Shown here in pieces: positions 8,567 to 15,247 of a DNA stretch of 24,897 bases. Made by a program: the position numbers and the translations under genes. Every line of letters starts with the position of its first letter. Positions within the stretch are counted from its first letter, which is position 1. The stretch comes from a virus (Duplodnaviria > Caudoviricetes). The stretch spans positions 1-24,897 of IMG/VR virus record IMGVR_UViG_3300036546_000151. One strand, given 5' to 3'. The notes below the pieces were generated by a model, which searched no databases, was not told where the DNA came from, and worked only from the letters and a program-made list of their open reading frames with translations.

Positions 8567-9415
8567 ATGGACTGGAGAGACGAAGTGTGGTTTTTTGACA
8601 CCGAGGTGCTTCCTCACGATTGGTTGTTCTGTGCAACCAACAAGGAGAAGCGGGTGACAATCCACAATGACACAGCGATGCTGAGGGAGTTCTTGGAGAC
8701 GGAGAGACCGTTCCTCTGTGGTTACAACTGCAAGCATTATGACAACTACATCATCAAGGCCATCCTCGCAGGAGGGACACCGGAGGACGTGAAAGCCGTC
8801 AATGATGCAATCATCGTGGATGGTATGCAGGGGTGGGAGATTGACATGGGATGGGTCAAGTTGCCTCAGTCGTTCGACCTCATGCTCGACCTTCCGACCC
8901 GCCCTTCACTCAAGATGATTGAGGGTAATCTCAAGATGGATATCCGTGAGTCCGAGGTAGACTTCAACACAGAGCATCCAACCAAGGAACAGTGGGAGGA
9001 GCTTGAGGAGTACTGTTGGCATGATGTGGAGGCCCTTATCCCGCTGTACGATGCTCGCCTTCCATATCTAGAGAACAAGGAGACCCTTGCTGAAATGAAG
9101 GGATTGAACGTGAAATCGGCACTTAATATGACGAATGCCAAACTCACCGCCCTGTTTTTGGGTGCCAAACTAGTTGAGAGGGATGACGAGAGGGAGTATG
9201 AAATGCCGTCTGAGATTAAGGTTGAAGATATTCCCCAAGAATTGTTGGATTTTTTTAGCAGGATGTCCGATGAAAATATATCGGACGATGAGTTGTTCAA
9301 GAGTGAAGTAAAAGTGAATTTGATGGAAGATTGTACAGTGACTTATGGTTGGGGTGGTTGCCACCAAGGTATTAGTAATTATGTGGAGGAGACAAGTGAA
9401 AAAGACTTTGACTAG
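8567..9415 (+). CDS. DNA polymerase, N-terminal fragment (3'-5' exonuclease domain)
   Basis: Exo motifs FDTE, GYNCKHYD, YCWHDV; ends GWGGCHQG...YVEETS just before polymerase motif A; AGGAG SD. Confidence 0.88.
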   Translation: MDWRDEVWFFDTEVLPHDWLFCATNKEKRVTIHNDTAMLREFLETERPFLCGYNCKHYDNYIIKAILAGGTPEDVKAVNDAIIVDGMQGWEIDMGWVKLPQSFDLMLDLPTRPSLKMIEGNLKMDIRESEVDFNTEHPTKEQWEELEEYCWHDVEALIPLYDARLPYLENKETLAEMKGLNVKSALNMTNAKLTALFLGAKLVERDDEREYEMPSEIKVEDIPQELLDFFSRMSDENISDDELFKSEVKVNLMEDCTVTYGWGGCHQGISNYVEETSEKDFD

Positions 9416-9908
9416 AAATCCATCATATTCGGTGGACGAACAAGGGAACGTATACAATAAGAGAGGGAAATTACTCTCACCTAAAAAGAACTGGGATGGG
9501 TACGAAAGAATACAATTATGGTCGAATTGTCGTAATGAATTTGTAGGTATACACATATTAATAGCAGAAGCGTTTGTACCAAACCCAAATGGTTATCGTG
9601 TTGTAAATCATAAAAATGGGATTAAGAATGACAATAGGGCTGAAAACTTAGAATGGTGTACTCAGCAACAGAACATAAGACACGCTTGGGATACTGGGTT
9701 AGCCAGAGGGACGAAAACCATTCTCGATGAAGGGACAAAAAACGAGAAAGTGTTTACAACATTCACTGAGGCTTGGAGGTCTATAGGGCACACAAATCAT
9801 AATACGATATATGGTAAATTTAGATTCTCTAAGAATGGGATTTTCAGTTTCAAAGGACATACTTTTCATGTATTCGGTGGGAAACATGGGGACACAAGAT
9901 GCGAGTAA
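9396..9908 (+). mobile_element. HNH homing endonuclease gene (NUMOD4/HNH type) inserted in the polymerase gene
   Basis: YSVDEQGNV, IHILIAEAFVPNP, VNHKNGIKNDNRAENLEWCTQQQNIRHA. Likely GTG start at 9396 with GGAGGA SD; AT-rich; overlaps both polymerase halves. Confidence 0.9.
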
Positions 9909-11668
9909 TAAGAAACTATGATTGTACAAGTCTATACCCTTCCATCATGATTCAATACGGTTTTCTTAGCCGTAATTTGGAGAACAAAGACACATATGAA
10001 GAAGTGTACCACAAAAGAATACAAGCTAAAAAAGAAGGTGATTTACGAACTTCAAACGCATTAAAACTTTCGCTCAACACCGCATACGGGATATTGTTGA
10101 ATAAATACAACGATATGTTCGACCCAAAGATGGGACGCAGTGTTTGTATAACAGGACAGTTGTTGTTGACCGATTTGATTATGCAATACATCAAGAAGTG
10201 TAAAACAGTAAAGATTATTTCTGTTAATACCGATGGTGTTATGTTGTCGATTGATGACAGTGAATTGCCTGTTATTTATGAGATAAACAGTGAATGGGAG
10301 GCCAGAACACGGATTGGGTTGGAAGAAGATAAGATTCAAAAAGTAGTAATGCGTGATGTAAACAATTATGTCATACGAATGTCAAATGGAAAAATAAAAG
10401 CGAAAGGAGGTGCGGTTGGTAATTACAATGGTGGCAGTTTCAAACAAAATTCTTTGCGAGTGGTTTCTAAAGCAATAGTCAAAAACTTATTGGACGATGT
10501 TCCGATTGAGGAAACCATAAACAACGAGCAAGACCCTTTCGCTTTTCAGATGATAACCAAGGCAGGAGGAACCTATGAGAAGGTTGTCCATGTCAATGGT
10601 TTCGGTGAGGTTGAGGTCAACCGGACGAACAGGGTCTACGCTGGAAAGGACGAGAGACTTGGGGCGGTCTACAAGATAAAGGCTGATGGGAGAAGGGATA
10701 AGATTGCGAATTGTCCTGCCCATGCGATTATTGATAATTCCGGTATTTTGGGTGTTGACAAGATTGATAAACAATGGTATATTGAACTTGCAACAAAGAG
10801 AAGAGACGAGTTCTTGGGTATCAAACCAAAGAGAAAGAAGAGGAGTAAAAAAGTGAAAACGGATGATTACGTGGAAGTAGAGGTCATCGAGGACGAACCC
10901 ATTGAAATGGACGTCAAACCAAAGAAAGCACCTGCCAAGAAAGCAGTGAAGGAGAAGAAGGAAGAAGTGAAAGAAGAACCAAAGACATTCCAGCAGAAGT
11001 TGTTCCAGTTGGGAGAGGACGTGGCGCAACTCGCCAGTGAGTTCGTGAAGGATGGATATAATCCTAGTCAAGCGTATGAGTACGTTCGTGCCCAGCAGTA
11101 CAAGACCGTCTTCCGCAAGGCATTGGCGAAGAACAGACTCCGCCACAAGATGGACGATGTGACCATCCAAATCAACAACCTTGAGAAGAGCGACAAGATG
11201 ATACTCACACTGTACCATGCCATGCTCACCATCAAGGACGTGGACAGTGACGAGCAGGAGACCTACATGCTTTGGTCGCAAGGTGCGGACAATCTTGACA
11301 AGGGACTCAGCAAGGCCAAGACCCTCATGCTCAAGGATTTCATCAAGACCAACTATCTTGTGTCCGATGCAGAGGATGACCCCGAGGCTGACAAAGGCCC
11401 CAAGGTTAGCACCAAGCGCAAGTTCAGCTCTCCTTCCGAGAAGAAGGCTGATGTGGAGAAAGCTGTCAAAGACGACAATCCTGCAAGCAAAGAGGATACT
11501 ACTCGTATCACGGAAGGCATCAAGAAAATTCGTGAGGCAAGCGGGGATGCTGAGTATGGCGAGAAAACCTTGGTTGAGGTAGGGAAAGGCATCACAGCAA
11601 CTCGGGCTACGGTCATCCTTACCAAGCTCGAAATGAAAGCGGGGGAGTATAATGAACTGGAGATTTAA
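9899..11668 (+). CDS. Family-B-type DNA polymerase catalytic fragment fused in frame to an ERF-like ssDNA-annealing domain
   Basis: Motif A DCTSLYPS, motif B KLSLNTAYG, motif C-like NTDG, RDVNNY; then a Lys/Glu linker and ERF-like QKL...KDGYN...GADNLDKGLSKAKT...DDPEAD. Confidence 0.85.
   Translation: MRVIRNYDCTSLYPSIMIQYGFLSRNLENKDTYEEVYHKRIQAKKEGDLRTSNALKLSLNTAYGILLNKYNDMFDPKMGRSVCITGQLLLTDLIMQYIKKCKTVKIISVNTDGVMLSIDDSELPVIYEINSEWEARTRIGLEEDKIQKVVMRDVNNYVIRMSNGKIKAKGGAVGNYNGGSFKQNSLRVVSKAIVKNLLDDVPIEETINNEQDPFAFQMITKAGGTYEKVVHVNGFGEVEVNRTNRVYAGKDERLGAVYKIKADGRRDKIANCPAHAIIDNSGILGVDKIDKQWYIELATKRRDEFLGIKPKRKKRSKKVKTDDYVEVEVIEDEPIEMDVKPKKAPAKKAVKEKKEEVKEEPKTFQQKLFQLGEDVAQLASEFVKDGYNPSQAYEYVRAQQYKTVFRKALAKNRLRHKMDDVTIQINNLEKSDKMILTLYHAMLTIKDVDSDEQETYMLWSQGADNLDKGLSKAKTLMLKDFIKTNYLVSDAEDDPEADKGPKVSTKRKFSSPSEKKADVEKAVKDDNPASKEDTTRITEGIKKIREASGDAEYGEKTLVEVGKGITATRATVILTKLEMKAGEYNELEI
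10853..11668 (+). CDS. Probable internally initiated ERF-family ssDNA-annealing protein
   Basis: In-frame GTG at 10853 with AGGAG SD 7 nt upstream; ERF-like GxDxxDKxxxKAxT motif; adjacent to the YqaJ exonuclease. Confidence 0.55.
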   Translation: MKTDDYVEVEVIEDEPIEMDVKPKKAPAKKAVKEKKEEVKEEPKTFQQKLFQLGEDVAQLASEFVKDGYNPSQAYEYVRAQQYKTVFRKALAKNRLRHKMDDVTIQINNLEKSDKMILTLYHAMLTIKDVDSDEQETYMLWSQGADNLDKGLSKAKTLMLKDFIKTNYLVSDAEDDPEADKGPKVSTKRKFSSPSEKKADVEKAVKDDNPASKEDTTRITEGIKKIREASGDAEYGEKTLVEVGKGITATRATVILTKLEMKAGEYNELEI

Positions 11669-12725
11669 TAAAGAGAGAACAAGAGTTATCTTGGATGAAC
11701 CTCAGAAGCGTCCGTTGAAGATGACCGCGACCAGATTGCCTAGCGCACTTGGCTTGAACCCATGGAAGAGTCCGTTTGCAGTATGGTGTGAAATCTGTAG
11801 GGTGTACAAGGAACCCTTCACCGAGAACAAATACACCAAAGCCGGAAACGCCATTGAGCCTATCCTCATTGATTGGGCCAAGGAGCAGTTCGGCAATGGT
11901 GTCAAGAGTCCTGCTGAGTTCTACGGCAACATGTGGCCCGAGGTCAAGAGGCAGTATGACTTCTATAAGGGACAGAGCAAGGTGTTCGGTGGCATGTGGG
12001 ACGCAAAGGTCGTCAACATCAACAACGAGACGGTTGCGGTCATAGAAATCAAGACCACAGGACGTGCGCAGGATTGGGGCGATGGTGTTCCCGATGAGAA
12101 ATTGGTGCAGGCGTTGCAGTATGGGCATCTTGAGGGAGCAAAGAGAACCTTCGTAATCGGGGCTTTCCTTGATGAAGAAGATTACATGCACCCAAGCCGA
12201 TTTGTCCCTGTTGACGGAAAGAACGTAAGGTTGTATACTTTCGATACAGAGACCGCAACGGTCATGTTCGATGGTGAGCCTACCACTATCTCTGAGTTGA
12301 TGGCTTACGCTGAGCAGTGGTGGGAATCGTATGTGGAGACCGGAATCTCCCCCGAGATTGACCACAAGGCTGACGAGACCATCATCAAGGCACTCAAGAC
12401 CGAGAAGCCGGACGAGGACGAGGATACTTCCCTTGGTTCGATGATTACGCTCTTGGATGCAAAAGAGGCTGAGCTTGCTTTTCTTCGTGAGAAGCATGGA
12501 TTGGATACGTTGGAGACTGAAATCAAGGCCCTCAAGGACGCTCTCAAGCGGACACTCAGTGAGGGAATGGCTGAGGACTCCACGAAGGTTGAGGTAGGGA
12601 ACTGGACTCTGACCAAGAGTGAGAGAAGTTCTGTGGATACATCCGCATTGAAGAAAGACGGACTGTATGAACAATATACGAAGAAGAGTGTAACCTATAC
12701 GCTCAAGAAGAAAGGAGAAAAGTAA
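11652..12725 (+). CDS. YqaJ-like (lambda-exonuclease family) recombination nuclease
   Basis: TATRLPSALGLNPWKSPFAVW, AGNAIEP, D...IEIKT, Q...Y motifs of the PD-(D/E)xK YqaJ fold. Confidence 0.85.
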   Translation: MNWRFNKERTRVILDEPQKRPLKMTATRLPSALGLNPWKSPFAVWCEICRVYKEPFTENKYTKAGNAIEPILIDWAKEQFGNGVKSPAEFYGNMWPEVKRQYDFYKGQSKVFGGMWDAKVVNINNETVAVIEIKTTGRAQDWGDGVPDEKLVQALQYGHLEGAKRTFVIGAFLDEEDYMHPSRFVPVDGKNVRLYTFDTETATVMFDGEPTTISELMAYAEQWWESYVETGISPEIDHKADETIIKALKTEKPDEDEDTSLGSMITLLDAKEAELAFLREKHGLDTLETEIKALKDALKRTLSEGMAEDSTKVEVGNWTLTKSERSSVDTSALKKDGLYEQYTKKSVTYTLKKKGEK

Positions 12726-12726
12726 T

Positions 12727-13122
12727 ATGAACATTACCATCAAGAAAAGCGGTTATCAGTTGGTTCCAGAGGGCGAACAGATTCTCACAGTGACAAGCGT
12801 GAAGCTCCTGCCGAGTGGCAGACCTTCCCTTGTGGAGTTCATGTACAGCGCAGACAATGGCGCAACACTCAAAGAGCAGTTGAAGTTCGACCATCCTGTG
12901 GCTGTCGACATCCTCGGTAAGCGTTGCGATGTTGCCTTGGGTGGCACTGCCGAGGAAGGCACTGAGATTTCACCCGATGACTTGGAAGGGTTGTTCTTGG
13001 GCAAGAAGTTCAAGGCCATGATTAAGCACAACGAGGGCAAGAAGGGTGGTACGTTCGCCAACATCAAGTACCTCATTGAGTTGGTTGAGGACGAGGAAGT
13101 AGAGGAAGATGACGACCTCTAA
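12727..13122 (+). CDS. Putative single-stranded DNA-binding protein
   Basis: Position in the recombination module, LVPEG N-terminus, beta-rich core, very acidic C-tail (EDEEVEEDDDL); AAGGAG SD. Confidence 0.6.
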   Translation: MNITIKKSGYQLVPEGEQILTVTSVKLLPSGRPSLVEFMYSADNGATLKEQLKFDHPVAVDILGKRCDVALGGTAEEGTEISPDDLEGLFLGKKFKAMIKHNEGKKGGTFANIKYLIELVEDEEVEEDDDL

Positions 13123-13408
13123 GCTCGAAGGTGACTTGCAGAAAGAATGCCTCCGGTGGGTCAAGAGCCTGCCGGAGGTTTGGGTTTTGAAAGTAGTGGG
13201 TTCCGCCACACAAGCAAGCGGTGTGCCGGATATACTAATGTGTGTTAATGGGCACTTCGTTGCGGTCGAACTCAAGAGACCCGATGGCAAAGGCCGTGTA
13301 AGTGATATCCAGATAGCGCAAATAGAGCGTATTCGGCGTGCAGGAGGTACTGCGGTAGTCGTTGATTCATTTGAGAAATTCAAGGAGGTGGTGAATGATT
13401 GTCGATGA
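13109..13408 (+). CDS. VRR-NUC domain nuclease / Holliday-junction resolvase-like protein
   Basis: LEGDLQ...SGVPDI...GHFVAVELKRPDGKGRVSDIQ...AGG. Confidence 0.9.
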   Translation: MTTSKLEGDLQKECLRWVKSLPEVWVLKVVGSATQASGVPDILMCVNGHFVAVELKRPDGKGRVSDIQIAQIERIRRAGGTAVVVDSFEKFKEVVNDCR

Positions 13409-13454
13409 AACTGGTCAGATTTGGTTTGACTTTGGAGGTGATGAAGATGATTGA
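13395..13454 (+). CDS. Possible 19-aa acidic mini-ORF (MIVDETGQIWFDFGGDEDD)
   Basis: Preceded by AAGGAGGTG, an unusually strong SD; bridges the VRR-NUC and spanin genes. Confidence 0.35.
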   Translation: MIVDETGQIWFDFGGDEDD

Positions 13455-13734
13455 AATATTGACCGCTGTAGGCGGTGTGATTGTCCTTGTGGTGACGCTC
13501 TTTGTAAACCACTTACAGAAGAAGGTCAAAAAACAGCAGACCGAGATAAAGGTTCTCAAGGAAGAGAAGAACATCGAGGAAGCCAAGAGTGAGTCACTCG
13601 TGAAGAAGGTGGTGGTCGAGAAGGAAATCGACCAGAAGGAAGAGGAACAGAAAGACGAGATAAAGGAGGGTAAGGATGCAAAGGAAATCATTCACAGTAT
13701 CAATGACCATATTGCTGATTTCAATACTCGTTAG
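13447..13734 (+). CDS. Putative inner-membrane spanin (Rz-like)
   Basis: Single N-terminal TM helix then a charged coiled coil; GGAGGTG SD (start 13447 or 13441); overlaps a lipoprotein gene in another frame. Confidence 0.7.
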   Translation: MIEILTAVGGVIVLVVTLFVNHLQKKVKKQQTEIKVLKEEKNIEEAKSESLVKKVVVEKEIDQKEEEQKDEIKEGKDAKEIIHSINDHIADFNTR

Positions 13735-13960
13735 CTGTACCACGCCAGTTACCACGGCTACCAACAAGGTGCTGTTTACTGACTTCGACCCACCCCCGAC
13801 AAGACCTATCCTAGAGGAGATACCCGATGATGACCTCGTGGAAGCCATCAGACAGCTTGGTATCAACCAAGTGGATTTGACCACCACGATTGAGAAGTGG
13901 GAGCAACATCAAGATAGGGAGAACACCTATTACATCAAGACATACTTGGAATCCGAGTAA
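13676..13960 (+). CDS. Putative outer-membrane spanin lipoprotein (Rz1-like)
   Basis: Signal peptide MQRKSFTVSMTILLISILVS-C (lipobox Cys21), Pro-rich PPPTRP, GGAGG SD, start embedded in the 3' end of the upstream gene. Confidence 0.7.
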   Translation: MQRKSFTVSMTILLISILVSCTTPVTTATNKVLFTDFDPPPTRPILEEIPDDDLVEAIRQLGINQVDLTTTIEKWEQHQDRENTYYIKTYLESE

Positions 13961-13993
13961 AAGAAAAGGCCCCAATCAAGGGGCTTTTTCTTT
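13960..13993. terminator. Bidirectional intrinsic terminator between the two converging arms
   Basis: AAAGAAAAGGCCCC-AATCAA-GGGGCTTTTTCTTT hairpin with A/T tracts on both sides, directly between two convergent stop codons. Confidence 0.9.
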
Positions 13994-14288
13994 ATAGTTT
14001 CTCCATCTTCTTTTGTATGATGTTTTTGATTATCGGTCTGATTGCTTTCATGTCCAAGTACTTCTGTACGATGAACATGATAATCCAATACAGCACCATT
14101 GCCACTGGTGTGCCGAGTAAGGTGAATCCAAAGTATAATACTGGTGACAATGCACCGGAGAACAGCAAGCCGAGGAGGGTCATCTTGACCTTCGTTGCTT
14201 TGTTGTTATATACCTTGAACTTGATAAGCTCCATGAGGGAGGCAACCACTGCGCTTCCTACACCCAACCATGCTATTGTGTTCCACAT
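13992..14288 (-). CDS. Putative holin
   Basis: 98 aa, three hydrophobic segments, basic C-terminus, AAGGAG SD, last gene of the structural arm. Confidence 0.65.
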   Translation of the reverse strand: MWNTIAWLGVGSAVVASLMELIKFKVYNNKATKVKMTLLGLLFSGALSPVLYFGFTLLGTPVAMVLYWIIMFIVQKYLDMKAIRPIIKNIIQKKMEKL

Positions 14289-14291
14289 ATG

Positions 14292-14876
14292 TTACTCCTT
14301 TGTATAATTCCAAATCATATGGTTTTCCTTGAATCTCATTGGATGCTTGCTCTTGAGGAACGTCCTCTTTTTCACATGCCTGTATCCAAACATGAATGGT
14401 GGTAAGCAAGACACCAAATCAATACGGTTTGAGTAGATAATTGAATTGCACCATCGCTCTTTTATTTTCTTATAATTCTTCCACCCTATGATTCTTGGAG
14501 AGCCATAGGTTATCAGCTTCAAATTTACCCTTCTGTCAGGGTAGTTGAACCACAAATCTTCCATACACAAAGTTGCTATCGCACCACCATACGAATGGCC
14601 GATAACAGTGATGGGCTTATTCACATTTTTTACAAGGTCGATGAAATGGTCGTTGATGAGTTTCCACGCCTTGAGAAATCCACGATGTACAGAGAAAGGA
14701 ATCGGCATGTTCTTGTATGGCTTTTTTCTGAACGCAAAATTGTTCTTCCAGTCTGCTTTTGAATTTGAGCCATAGAAAGCTATGGCATATTCATTCTCTG
14801 TTTCGTAGATAAGGTATTGAGTATCATCACCTATCGTTTGCCATCCACTCATTGAAAAGAGGTCTGTGTAAGTCAT
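14292..14876 (-). CDS. Class 3 lipase (alpha/beta hydrolase)
   Basis: IAFYGS, VHRGF, nucleophile elbow GHSYGG, TYGSPR, DLVSCLP, YRH and a C-terminal His. ATG 14876 overlaps the chaperone stop. Confidence 0.9.
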   Translation of the reverse strand: MTYTDLFSMSGWQTIGDDTQYLIYETENEYAIAFYGSNSKADWKNNFAFRKKPYKNMPIPFSVHRGFLKAWKLINDHFIDLVKNVNKPITVIGHSYGGAIATLCMEDLWFNYPDRRVNLKLITYGSPRIIGWKNYKKIKERWCNSIIYSNRIDLVSCLPPFMFGYRHVKKRTFLKSKHPMRFKENHMIWNYTKE

Positions 14877-15247
14877 AATGTAGGCCACTCCACGTTCCAA
14901 GGAAATCCCACTTGCTCTGGAATGTCTCTGAGTGCTTGCATATAGGTATCAAGGGCCACAATATCATCCGATGGTGTCAAGCCCTGTCTCACCTCAGAGT
15001 TGTATCGGGTGTATCGCCAATCCTCTTTATCGATAAGACTGTCTCGTTTTGCCCTCACTACATCAGCTTGCTCTCTATCCTTCTCCGCTTGCGTTTTACC
15101 GAGGAAGAGCTTTCCATCAATCATCCTTGCAAGTTGGTCTGCTTGTTGCCATTCCTGTTCGGTAATCTCACCCAAGAACTCGCCCTTCCCATACTCCTTG
15201 ACGGTATGAGGGTCAATCCCATAGTTTGTTAAAAATAAATAAATCAT
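14873..15247 (-). CDS. Phage tail fibre assembly chaperone
   Basis: VRAKRDSLI...DW...YMQALRDIPEQVGFPWNVEWP, a typical tail-assembly-chaperone C-terminus; GGAGG SD. Confidence 0.85.
   Translation of the reverse strand: MIYLFLTNYGIDPHTVKEYGKGEFLGEITEQEWQQADQLARMIDGKLFLGKTQAEKDREQADVVRAKRDSLIDKEDWRYTRYNSEVRQGLTPSDDIVALDTYMQALRDIPEQVGFPWNVEWPTL

Noticed and set aside
9410-9900. T4 gene 60-style ribosomal bypass across the HNH gene
   Set aside because: No matching in-frame GAC landing codon just before the second half, which has its own ATG; the ~480-nt gap is far longer than known hops.
10487-11281. 264-aa minus-strand ORF
   Set aside because: Antisense to the polymerase/ERF gene; no recognisable motifs or SD.
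11619-12743. 374-aa minus-strand ORF
   Set aside because: Antisense shadow of the YqaJ gene; no motifs.
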